Assembly: GCF_006345805.1 (NCBI RefSeq)
Contig: NC_043020.1
Coordinates: forward strand, 16,368,001-16,432,000
Source of the DNA: Octopus sinensis
Taxonomy: Eukaryota
Reading direction: 5' to 3'
DNA length: 64,000 bases
The notes beneath the pieces are model-generated. The model made no database searches and was not told the DNA's origin. It saw only the letters and a program-made list of their open reading frames with translations. Of the stretch, positions 24,020 through 35,813 are shown piece after piece. The position numbers and the translations under genes are program-made. Within the stretch, counting starts at the first letter, position 1, and every line of letters starts with the position of its first letter.

Positions 24020-24509
24020 ATATATATATATGTTATTTATTTATTTATTTGTTTGTTTGTTTTTCGTTAGTTATTTATAAATTTTATTATATTTAAAACA
24101 TCAAATTTCATAAATTGTTATTATCTTCATCAATTAACTTGCAGCAAAATTCAATATTAATTACGAAAATTGCTAAATTGAAATCAGATAATTCTGTTTC
24201 TTCATTCTTCATTTAAGCATTTTCTGCAAAATGGTAAAAAGAAAAATTTGAATAAAAGCTTGAAATAAAGTACAAAACTATGTGTAAAAATAATTTCAAC
24301 TTTGCCTTCAATGAATCTATTTCAGTATTTCCTAACCAATAGGGAGGAGGGTAGGAAGTTTGGCTGGTATTTCATAAGAACTGCATGCATCAGATCTTTG
24401 AACTCCTGCTAGTACTGACTTTATATTTTGAATATTTCTTTTTCCTTTTTGTTAAGTAATTGCCTGGAAGTACTTAACTACAGGCCAGAATTTCTAGTCT
24501 TTGTCACTC

Positions 24510-24870
24510 ACTAGTCATCTTCAGTCTCCACTCATTATGAATCTCCAGTCATCTTAAGTCTTCAATCATCTTCAGTCTCAAATCCTTATGAGGCTCTCAT
24601 CATGTCAAAGCCCCAATCATCATGAGTTTCTTGTTATCATGAGTCTATAGTCACACTGAGTATCCAGTAGCTTCACTTCTCATCTTAATTCTCCAGGTAC
24701 CTTGAGTTTCCAGTCATCAAAAGTTTCTAGGCATCTTGAATCTCCAGTTATCTTGAGTCTCCAATCATCTTAAACCTCCAGCTTCAAATCCTTTATGAGC
24801 TTCTATTCATGTTGAGTCTTCAGTCATCTAGAGTCTCCAGTCATCTTCAGCCTTTAATCAGCATGAGTCT
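24510..24870. repeat. Degenerate 17-bp minisatellite (AGTCATCTTGAGTCTCC-like)
   Basis: Phased units such as agtcatcttcagtctcc / actcattatgaatctcc / agtcatcttaagtcttc / aatcatcttcagtctca. Confidence 0.8.
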
Positions 24871-25377
24871 CCAATGGTGTAAACTGCAATTATACCAGAA
24901 TATATTTCAAAAAAACTTCAGGAAATAGGGAGAGGGGTTTCAGAAAATTTATAATAATTTTTGTGGGTAGAAAAGGGTATTTTTAAAAAGAAAATTTTGA
25001 CAATTTTGAAAGAAAATTTCAACAAATACTTTTCAGGATATGTAGATTATGATTATATCAGAATTTAATATGGAAATAAAAACTGGTGGAATCGGACACA
25101 TACATACTGACACTTCAAATCTTTTTTCAAAGTATTTCTTTTGCAGCAAATTTTGGTATAATCAGAATCGACATCATCTGAAGCATATTTGTAGAGAAAA
25201 TTTCATTAAAAAATACTAAAATTTCTAAAAGTTACAAGGAAGGCAAGTCATTGGGGCATGTATGTGTAGGTATGTCACAGGTAACACTCTGGCTGGTTAG
25301 TGTATATCCTTACACAAGCACTACCAGAAGACCGTAATGAATCTATATTTTTAGAAATTATAATCAAAGTTGGTGCT

Positions 25378-25800
25378 GGAATGGCTGTGTGGTAAGTAGC
25401 TTGTTTACCAACCACATGGTTCCGGGTTCAGTCCCACTGCATGGCACCTTGGGGCAAGTGTCTTCTACTATAGCCTCAGGCCGACCAAACCCTTGTGAGT
25501 GGATTTGGTAGAAGGAAACTGAAAGAAGCCCGTCGTATATATGTATGTGTGTGCGTGTGTGTGTGTGTGTGTATGTGTATGTGTGTGTGATTGTGTGTCT
25601 GTGTTTGCCCCTCCCCCCAATATTGCTTGACAACCAATGCTGATGTGTTTACATCCCCATAACTTAGCAGTTCGGCAAAAGAGACCGACAGAATAAGTAC
25701 TAGGCTTACAAAGAATAAGTCCTGGGGTCGATTTGCTCGACTAAAGGCAGTGCTCCAGCATGGCCACAGTCAAATGACTGAAACAAGTAAAAGAGTAAAG
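25378..25800 (+). mobile_element. SINE family A, full length, close to consensus
   Basis: Complete head, core, (TG)n and stem-loop tail. Confidence 0.92.
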
Positions 25801-26191
25801 TTATTTATGATGCTGATGATGCTGGTGATGAAGATGGTGATATACCAGTTACGTGTTACTGTATCTGTAATAGTCTCCTCTCTCTGCAGTCAACATTCTT
25901 TCTCTACAGTAGTCTCCCCTGTTAACAGATAATCTTTAAAACAGAGGTTTACAAATACATTCTAACAGGAGTTTGCTTGGAAGCCATGTTCTTTTGTGGA
26001 TTGGTTCTCATTCCACATTATGGCATCTTGGGCAAATATTTTCTCCAATAGCCTTGAGTTGACCAATGCCTTGTGCATAAAACTGGAAGACAAAAACTCT
26101 GTGGAAGCCCATTGTAGATCTGTGTATATGTGTGTGTGTGTGTACGCACATGCGCACGTGTGTGTACATGTATGTATCATGTATGTATCTG

Positions 26192-26414
26192 AAGGCGGCG
26201 AGCTGGCAGAACCGTTAGTACGCAGGGTGAAATGCGTAGCCATATTTCGTCTGCCGTTACATTCTGAGTTCAAATCACGCTGAGGTCGACTTTGCCTTTC
26301 ATCCTTTCGGGGTCAATAAATTAAGTACCAGTTACACATTGGGGTCGATGTAATCGACTTAATCCATTTGTCTGTCCCCTCTGTGTTTAGCCCCTTGTGG
26401 ATAGTAAAGAAATT
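26192..26414 (+). mobile_element. SINE family B with 12-bp TSD
   Basis: TSD tgta(t/c)gtatctg at 26180-26191 and 26415-26426. Confidence 0.9.
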
Positions 26415-26687
26415 TGTACGTATCTGTTTCTATGACCTTCTACATTGACACCACCTGAAAAATCAGTGTCATTCTTTATGTCACTTGGTTTAGCAATTTG
26501 GCAAATAGAGACCCAGGATGATGTGGGATGACACGGTGAAATAAGGTCTTTTGTTGTTTGAGTCTCACGGAGGCAAAGACAAGTGACTGAAACTTCTGGT
26601 GATTTGCTGTGCTTGGGAAGACATGTGAAGCTAAGAAAAATCATGGTCATGGCCAGTGCTGGTGACACGTTAAAAGGTATTCGTGCT

Positions 26688-26906
26688 GGCAGAAACGTTA
26701 GCACGCCGGGCGAAATGTGTAGCCGTATTTCGTCTGTCGTTACGTTGTGAGTTCAAATTCCGCCGAGGTCGACTTTGCCTTTCATCCTTTCGGGGTCGAT
26801 TGAATAAGTACCAGTTACGCACTGGGGTCGATATAATCGACTTAATCCGTTCGTCTGTCCTTGTTTGTCCTCTCTGTGTTTAGCCTCTTGTGGGTAGTAA
26901 AGAAAT
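26688..26906 (+). mobile_element. SINE family B with 13-bp TSD
   Basis: TSD aggtattcgtgct at 26675-26687 and 26907-26919. Confidence 0.92.
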
Positions 26907-27092
26907 AGGTATTCGTGCTGATGAGACATCAAAGGTACTCATGCCAGTGACACATAAAAGAGACCCAGTACTCTTTGTAGAGTGGTTAACATTAGCAAGG
27001 ATTTCCAACCATAAAACCCAAGCCAAAAGAGACTGGAACCTGGTGCAGATCTCTGGCTTGCCAGCTCCAGTCAACTGTGTAACCCATGTCAG

Positions 27093-27093
27093 T

Positions 27094-27128
<35 letters not shown>

Positions 27129-27400
27129 TTAATGTCCTCCTTCCATGTTGGCATGGGGTGGATGGTTTGACAGGAGCTGGCCAGGCAGAAGACCACACCA
27201 TACTTCTGTGTCTGTTTTGGCATGGCTTTTTTATGGCTGGGTGCCCTTCCTAACACCAACCACCTCACAGAGTGGGCTGAGTGCTTTTTACGTGGAACCA
27301 GCACAGGCAAGGTCAGTTTTGGCATGCTCTACCAAATGCCAACCACTTTACAGCACAGACTGGATGCTTTTTACATGGCACCAAGTAACTTGCAAGACGA
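27093..27400 (-). mobile_element. Family E variant
   Basis: (CAT)n tail plus ggctgggtgcccttcctaacaccaaccac. Confidence 0.75.
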
Positions 27401-27719
27401 GGAATCTTTGAGAGGGGAGGGGGCATTGGAGGAGGTGATCTTGTGTCAGATGGAAAATGGGTATTAAATGATGATGGTGATGATGATTATGATGATGATG
27501 ATGATGATGATGAGGAGGAGGAGGAGGAGGAGGATGCTGATTGATAAGATAAGAACCAGGTTTAAAAATATTAGTTCTATGATTGAAAAGATCAAGTAAA
27601 ATTCTTTAAATCAGTGCCTTAAAATGGCAACAGTCCAGTGACAGAAATAAGTAAAAGAAAGTCGGTAAAAGAGAATATATGTAAGGACTGTCTGAAGGCT
27701 GGGTCTAATTTATAAAGTT

Positions 27720-27971
27720 AAGTGCTGGTGCCATGTAGATAGCACCTGTGCTGGCACTACGTAAAAGATACCTGCACCAGCATCACATGAACAGCACCCG
27801 TATTGGTGCCACATGAAAAATGCTTGGTACACTTTGTAAAGTGGTTGGCATCAGGAAGGGCATCCAGCCATAGAAACATGCCATAAATAGACGACTGGAG
27901 CTTGGTGCCGCCCTCCAGCTTGCTAGCTCCAGCCGCAGCATCCAGCTCATGCCAACATGGAAAAATGAATG

Positions 27972-28020
<49 letters not shown>
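27720..28020 (+). mobile_element. Family E variant ending in long (GAT)n
   Basis: gtggttggcatcaggaagggcatccagcc...ccaacatggaaaaatgaatg(GAT)n. Confidence 0.75.
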
Positions 28021-28023
<3 letters not shown>

Positions 28024-28320
28024 TGTTGATGATGATGATGATGAGGAGGAGGAGGAGGAGGAGGAGGAGGAGGATGGTAATAATGATGATGATGACAACG
28101 ACAATGATGATGATGACGATGATGACAACAACGACAATGATAGTGAGGAGGAGGAGGAGAGGGGGTGGTAGGAGGGGGAGGAGGAGGATGGCGATGACGA
28201 TGATGATGACAACAACAATGATGATGATGATGACGACAACAACGATGATAGTGAGGAGGAAGAGAAGGGGAGGAGAAGAGGGAGAGAGGGGAGAGGGGAG
28301 GAGAGGAGGAGGATTTAATA
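28021..28320. repeat. Mosaic trinucleotide tract (GAT/GAG/GAC/AAC)
   Basis: Directly visible. Confidence 0.9.
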
Positions 28321-28348
28321 TGATACACAATAAGGTTTTTACCTTTAA

Positions 28349-28580
28349 TCTTTTTGATACCAACTCGCCAGACAGCACCTTTTAGCTCTGTGACAGAACC
28401 TTCCTGTTTTAAAGAGATCTAAATCAAAACTCTTCCATCAAAGTTCTTTGTTAGTTTATATTCCCAACAACAAAAGTTATTTTACTAAATTCTTTGTTAT
28501 TTTTACTGAACACTTCATAAGTTTCCAAATCAAACATGTCAAAGGCAATGTATTCTAATAGAAATATGGTAACAAAAGGG
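28349..28580. mobile_element. piggyBac-type MITE (TTAA TSD)
   Basis: TTAA|TCTTTTTGATACC...GGTAACAAAAGGG|TTAA; opposite orientation to 7067-7286. Confidence 0.7.
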
Positions 28581-29834
28581 TTAAAAATTAAACTCTTGAA
28601 ACTAGCCAGTAACCCAAATTAAAAACATATACGTGATAATCTGTTATCCTGGACAGTAGTGTAATCAGCCACTCGTGTAGCCAGCCAATTCTGGCAACAC
28701 TTGATGGTAATGTTAAATCCATCATTCAATTTACAAACTTTTCTTCAATATTGTAACTCCTAACCTTTTTGGCACAGCAAATTCTAACTTGCAATGTTGT
28801 TCTGTTTAATAAACTATATAAGTAATACTCAACATTTTAGTGCAACTATTATTGTCATTTTTGAAATGATAACAGCTATTATTTCAATTAACGAAGATAT
28901 TAATTACAGATTTTAAAGCATTCTCAATGTAAACTTTCAATAGGAATTTGTTTCTGATCACCTCAAGTGTATAATTATCTGATAATTTCATTACATTTCT
29001 TATATAATTATGATGAACTGCTGATGCTAGAAGCTGAATGTGAGTGAATAGGTCTATTTTACTTCTTCTGTTGCAGTAGATATGTTATAGTTTAAAGCAA
29101 CAGTATCTGTTCAATATTACAATATTGATTTCTGTTTGTTTCAAACAGGCTCACTGAGAACAAACCGATCAAGACAAGGGAAATGACATATTTTTAGCCA
29201 ACAAATAGAAGGAATTTTGTGGTTTGTGAACAAGGTTAGGCTGAGTGAAATAGCCAATCAGGTTGAGCCAGATATGAAAAAAAAATGATGGACAAGAAGA
29301 CAGAACTTGAAAGATAAGTATGATGGATACACTGCTACACAATTGTACACTCCCCCCTCTACAATGGTCCCCACTCTCTCTCTCTGCAACAATCTCTTAT
29401 CTCTACAGTCACTCTTCTCTGCAGTTGTCTCCCTTATTGCCTAACAATTTGTGGATTTGATAGAAGGAAACTGAAAGAAGCCCGTCAAAGCTTTGAAGCC
29501 TGAAATGCTGTAGAAAGCTGAGCCATAGTGTCCTGTTTTTACAGGACAATGATGCACCAGCACACACAACATATAAAACTCTACAGAAAATTGGCAACTT
29601 TGGCTACAAATTGGTGGACCACCCACCTTACTCTCCTGACTTGGTCCCCTCCAACTATGACCACTTCCCATAAGTAAAGAAACATCTCAGGAGAATGAAA
29701 TTCTACTCTGATTCAGAAGTGATCACTGCTACAGAAGATTTGTTGGAAGCTCAACCTTCTGTGTTCTTTTTACATGGCTTAGAAAAACTGAAGAACCTCT
29801 GCACTAAGTGTGTGAACTGAAAGGAGAATGTGCT

Positions 29835-30235
29835 GGTTGTGTGGTAAGTAGAAGCTTACCAACCACATGGTTCTGGGTTCAGTCCCACTGTGTGGCACCT
29901 TGGGCAAGTGTCTTCTACTATAGCCTCAGGCAGACCAAAGCCTTGTGAGTGGATTTGGTAGACGGAAACTGAAAGAAGCCCGTCATATATATGTATATAT
30001 ATATATATATGTGTGTATGTATGTATGTGTTTGTGTGTCTGTGTTTGTCCCCCCAACATCGCTTGACAACCAATGCTGGTGTGTTTACGTTCCTGTAACT
30101 TAGCGGTTCGGCAAGAGGGACCGATAGAATAAGTACTAGGCTTACAAAGAATAAGTCCTGGGGTCAATTTGCTTGATTAAAGGTGGTGCTCCAGCATTGC
30201 CGCAGTCAAATGACTGAAACAAATAAAAGAAAAAA
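29835..30235 (+). mobile_element. SINE family A, full length
   Basis: Matches the other family A copies end to end. Confidence 0.9.
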
Positions 30236-30764
30236 AAAGAAAAGAAAGAATTAATTAATTAATTAATTAATCCTCCTGTATTATCTTTTACCCAGGAACG
30301 TTTCAGCACCCTGCATGAATGTACTAAAGCTGGCCCTTTGTAATACAAATACAACTCATTTTTTGCCAGCTGAATGAACCAGAACAAAGTGAAATAAAGT
30401 GTCTTGCTCAAGGACACAAAACATCACTGGGAATCGAACACACTCTCTTACAATTGTGTTCCAAACACATTAACCACTAATCCATGCACTTGCATATGTA
30501 CAAATATACACACACATCAACAGACACATATGACTATACATATATGCACACTTACTCAAACATAGACATGTACATACACACATGCAGATACAAATACTGT
30601 TGTAAATATGCACAGAGATAGAGAGGAAGAGGAGGAAGAGAAAAAAAGAGAAAGAGAGAGGAGGGGCATTAAAGAAGTGTTACTATATGATTGTCTATTA
30701 CATCTGTACAACATATATTCATATCTATCACTGGCACAAATTTTTTTCTCTCCTTGTTTCTTTC

Positions 30765-30895
30765 TGTGTTCCTTTCTGAGGAAGAGCGTAGGCTCAAAAC
30801 GTTAAAGACTTTTTCAATTCCCGAGCGTTATACTGATACATCTGTTTGTTATCTACACCACCTATCCTCATCCTTTTGTTTTTTTCATGAATTCT
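30765..30895 (+). mobile_element. Penelope-like pLTR fragment with a decayed minimal hammerhead ribozyme (30772-30807)
   Basis: cttt-CTGAGGA-a-gagc(gtag)gctc-AAAA-cgtt-aaag: hammerhead topology with G12 mutated to A. Confidence 0.6.
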
Positions 30896-30913
30896 CCCCC
30901 TATATATATATAT

Positions 30914-31666
30914 AAAATAGATGAACATCAATGGAATTTGTATCTTTGTGGTACCAGTGCCGGTGGCACACAAGAAAACTATCCGAACGTGGCCGTAGCC
31001 AGTACCGCATCGACTGGCCTCCGTGCTGTGGGCAAGTAACAAACACCATCCGATCGTGGCCGTTTCGCCAGCCTCATCTGGCACCTGTGTCAGTGGCACA
31101 TAAAAACACCATCCGAAGACCCGGCAAGACTAGTCAGGCCATAACCCGTGGCCCCTACCTGAGACGTAGTCAGTCCACCTGTGCATACCTTCCTTCTTGT
31201 GACACTTGTGAAGACCTGTTGAGGCAAGTGAAAATCAATCAAAATAGATGAACATCAATGGAATTTGTATCTTTGTGGTACCAGTGCCGGTGGCACACAA
31301 GAAAACCATCCGAACGTGGCCGTAGCCAGTACCGCATCGACTGGCCTCCGTGGTGCGGGCACGTAACAAACACCATCCGATCGTGGCCGTCTGCCAGCCT
31401 CGTCTGGCACCTGTGTCGGTGGCACATAAAAGACACCATCCGAGCGTGGCCGTTCGCCAGCCTCGTCTGGCACCTGTGTCGGTGGCACATAAAATCACCC
31501 ACTACACTCTCGGAGTGGTTGGCGTTAGGAAGGGCATCCAGCTGTAGAAACACTGCCAGATCTGACTGGCCTGGGGTAGCCTTCGGGCTCCCCAGACCCC
31601 AGTTGAACCGTCCAACCCATGCTAGCATGGAAAAGGGATGCTAAATGAATGATGATGATGATGATG
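30914..31666 (+). mobile_element. Long family E element with a ~200-bp internal direct duplication
   Basis: 30914-31115 is repeated at 31241-31442; canonical tail. Confidence 0.85.
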
Positions 31667-31682
31667 TATATATATGTATATA

Positions 31683-32700
31683 TCATCATCATCATTTAGC
31701 GTCTGTTGTCCATGCTGTCATGGGTTAGACAGCTTGACCAGGGCTGGTAAGCTGGAAGGCTGCACCAGACTCCAGTTTGATTTGGCATGGTTTCTACAGC
31801 TGGATGCCCTTCCTAATACTAACCACTCTGAGAGAGTAATGGGTGCTTTTACATGCAATCAGCATGGATGCCATTTGCATGACACTGGTGTCTGTCAAAA
31901 CTGCGATTGTACTTGGCTTGATGGGTCTTCATCTCAAGCATGACATAATGCTAAAGGTCTCGATCATTGCCTCCGTGAGGCACAGCACTTGTAGGGAACT
32001 CAGCCACTTTGCTTCCATGAGGCCCAATGCTTGAAAGGTGCTTTTTACATGCCACCAACACAGGTACCAGTAATGTGATACCAGCATCAGCCACAACCAT
32101 GATTTTACTTGGTGTGACAGGTCTTCTCAAGCATAGCATATTGCCAAAGGTCTCGGTCACTAGTCATTGCCTCTGTGAGGGCCAAAGTTTGAAGATCATG
32201 CTTCACTACCTCATCCCAAGATTTCCTGGTTCTACCTCTACCAGACATTCCCTCCACAATTACGGATCAGCACTTCATTACACAGCTGTCCTCGTCTATA
32301 CCAGCACAGCCGTCTCTCTTGCACACCACATCTAATACCTTTTATGCTTAACTTTTCTCTCAAGATGCTTACACTTCGTCAAACATGCACATTGATACTG
32401 CACATCCAGGGAAGCATACTGGCTTCATTTCTTTCAAGTGTATGCATGTCCTCAGCTATGTTTCACTGCCATGTAGCATAGCTGTTTGCACACAGGCATC
32501 ATATAATTTGCCATTCACTCTGAGAGAGAAACCCTTTGTTGCCAGCAGAGGTAGGAGCTCTCTGAACCATACCCAATCTAATCTTATTCTCACAGCTATG
32601 CTCTTGGAGCATCCACCTCTGATACTAACTTGCTTGGTCACCTAAATAAATAACGGAAGCTATATCCTACCTCTAGCTTACCCCACTGTTTATTGTACCA
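31683..32700 (-). mobile_element. RTE LINE (family RTE-2) 3' portion, decayed
   Basis: Encodes YLGDQ..IRGGCSKSIAVRIRLDWVWFRELLPLLATKGFSLRVNGKLYDACVQTAMLHGSET and RCGVQERRL. The 3' UTR is homologous to the family E tail. Confidence 0.85.
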
Positions 32701-33149
32701 GTGCATCTTTCACACACAAAGCTTTATTTTCCCTGTACACACACACACATATATACAAGAATCTGCCACATTTTGGGAGTAGTGTGTCCTCAAAAAACCC
32801 ACCATAACCTGAAATCCTATAATGCGAAATTAATTTTCCTCATTGATTTTCCTGTTATAAAGTGATAATGTTTTGTAATGGCTATTTGGTGGGAAATAAG
32901 ACCAAAAACAAAAAAAAAAACAAAAATAGGTAACGTGATCACATTTATACATGAAAATAACAATTTCTAAACATACGCAGTACACTATTTATACTTGAAA
33001 ATATTTGAAGTAGAATTCGTTGGGGAATAAATAAGTGCTATGATACTGTAGTAGTATATATTCTTATAATTTTACCACAATAGATGACTGTTTTCTGAGG
33101 AGTGGTGATAGAATGAATGCTACAAGGAGGATGTGTACGCTATTTCCTA

Positions 33150-33900
33150 TCACATAGTTCAGCATCGTCAATATCTACTTGAGGGGTGAATGACTTATCC
33201 AAAATTGTTTGATCTTTATGACACATTGTCTCTTCTTACACCTCAGTGCAGGAACTAAGATCATTGTAAATTCCCTTTGTAATGTTTATGCTATGTTCAT
33301 GATTAGGATCGTTATCAGCAAAATCTTATAGACTTTTCTCTCTAAGTGCCAACCCTTCAGCAATATACTTCGCAGTCATCTTGTGTTGTTGTTTGAATTT
33401 CCATATTCACATCTGTATTTTCAGCTTGCTTTTGTTCTTACAGCATCATTCTTTCATTAGATAAACTTCCTTTATAGGTCACAAACATCTCAGCTTCATA
33501 ATTCTCTATGACTTCTTCCAAACTCTACATCAGTTGCAAGTTTTGCAGTATCTTTTTGAATTTGATGTAGACTTTCTGCTTGTGAAAAATTTGTAAAATC
33601 ATGCATACAGTCTGACCATATATTTTAACCTCCCATGTACCCAAGAACTGTCCCAAACTGAACCTCACATACTGATGGAAAAATAACAGCTGGACAGTAA
33701 AAGGAGTGACTCGCTGAGCACTTGACTTAATTTTCTTTCTATTGGCGTATATTTTTCTCACTGAAGTCATTGGAAGTTTTATTGTTTTGGCAATGTGGCT
33801 GGTTACATCAAGCCTTTTTAAAATGTCAAGTTTAATATATAGTGTCCTCTTATGGTTCCTTTTAACACAACTACTTCAATTGCACTTGATGCCTCCTTTC
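33150..33900 (-). mobile_element. Tigger/pogo transposase relic (internally deleted)
   Basis: N-terminal KLDILKRLDVTSHIAKTIKLPMTSVRKIYANRKKIK (CENP-B-like HTH) and C-terminal DNDPNHEHSINITKGIYNDLSSCTEV. Confidence 0.65.
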
Positions 33901-34299
33901 TTCAAATCTTGAATTGTAGGTAATTCCACCAGCATCAGTGATCTACAACTATCCACAACAAATATAGAGTAAAAAGAAAAGCACCAGTAATGAACTTCTT
34001 TGTGAAAGCAAAAGTGGTCTTATTTCTGTGGGTGTAAGAGTGGAAATAAGAAAATGAAAAGGTAAAAGAGTGAGTTGGGAGGAAATACTTTATAATTACA
34101 GTGCTGTATGTTTACACACTTGCACACGCACACTACTGTTGTGTTGACATGCAACATATGTTGCTACAGACATTGCTATTGTGCTGATACTGGTATCGGT
34201 GTTGCACCACATTATCTCATGCATTTATTTTTTTATATTTGAGATGGAGACATTTAGATTGTTCATACTATTATTATTCGTGGTGGTGGCAGCAGTGGT

Positions 34300-34627
34300 C
34301 AGTAAAATGTTGTTGAATTGGTAAAGTTGGTAGTATTTGTATTCGTTTTGGTGTTGATGCCGGTCATTGAAAGCAAGGGCGGTTACACCAAATAGTGAAT
34401 ATAGCAAAAATCCTTTAGAGTGTACATATTTTTGTATCATTCAAAAATAAATATTACGTTCATATCTTTAAAAATGTTTATTGTTTTGTGTTCCAAATTT
34501 GTATAATGCTTGCATGTATAATATATTTTATTCAGGATAAATTTCAATTGATTTCCTTTGATATTATCAGAGTAATGGCAATTTTACTGAAATTTTTTAG
34601 GGTGTACATGCTTTTCTGAAATACTGT
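34300..34627 (+). mobile_element. Tc1 3' end relic
   Basis: Codes VIESKGGYTK* (Tc1 C-terminus AVI.AKGG.TKY) and ends ...ctgaaatactg|TA. Confidence 0.6.
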
Positions 34628-34658
34628 ATATACATACATATATATATATATATATATA

Positions 34659-35492
34659 CAGGGCGTGGTGAATAACCTGTTGTCTGAATTACGTAAAAAT
34701 GAAAATATCACTGATATCTCATTTTAACAGATATATTTACCAAAATTACATTAAAATATCTTGAAATACTAAAGAGTAAATTTATTCAATAAAATCGCCA
34801 TTGACTTCAACCACACCCCACACCCTTGTTTAAATAGATGAATACTGCCATAATCCTTGCTCTCAGTTCATCTTTGGTGTTAGAAGGAGTTTTGTTGGTC
34901 TCTTACTCAACTACACCCCATACATAATAATCAATGAGATTGCAGTCTGGGAAGTTTGGTGGCCAGATGTTAGGGATGATGTGGTTGCAGAAATTGTCTG
35001 ACAGCCATGACTGGGTTCTCTAGGTTGTGTGGCATAATGCAGAGTCCTGTTACCAGACATAGAGTCTTCCAGCAGCCACCCTCTTCATCCAGGGCAGCAC
35101 TACCTCCTCCAGACATATGATGTAGGCCTCCATGTTGAGTCTGAGGCCATGTGGGAGGCATAAATTTGCCATCACTAGTGATCACTCCAAACATCATGAT
35201 GTTGATTTTTATCAAACTGTATGTTTGATTTTTATCACTTTCAGCACATGTCCTCAGATTGACACCCAAACACTCTGAAATGTTTGTACTAGGGCTTTCA
35301 GCATGAATGCTAAGCATACAGCATATTGTTTCCAAATTTCTGGCTGAATGAATTGTGTCATCGTGCTGTTTTCTTCACAGACAGTGCTCAACTGACCCTA
35401 CTATACTGTGTAGTCAACAAAGTTAAAAACAAATAATACACATATGCAAAATTAAAAATATAAAATGGCAACAATTTACCCATCGCACACTG
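34659..35492 (-). mobile_element. maT (DD37D-type) mariner, internally deleted
   Basis: Imperfect TIRs flanked by TA; the minus strand encodes SWLSDNFCNHIIPNIWPPNFPDCNLIDYYVWGVVE. Confidence 0.8.
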
Positions 35493-35564
35493 TATATACA
35501 TATATTTATATGTGTGTGTGTATATATATAATGCAAATAAGAAAATGGAGACATATATATATAT

Positions 35565-35719
35565 AGGCATGGCCATGTGGTAAAATGCTTGCTTCCCAAC
35601 TACATGGTTCTGGGTTCAGTCCCACTGCATGGTACTTTGGGCATGTGTCTTCTACTATACCCTTGGGCTGACCAAGGCTTTGTGTGTGGATTTAGTAAAC
35701 AGAAGCTGAAAGAAACTCG

Positions 35720-35722
<3 letters not shown>
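35565..35722 (+). mobile_element. SINE family A 5' half
   Basis: Head and core, ending in the (TA)n tract that hosts the LINE. Confidence 0.8.
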
Positions 35723-35792
<70 letters not shown>

Positions 35793-35813
35793 TACATATA
35801 TATATATACATAT

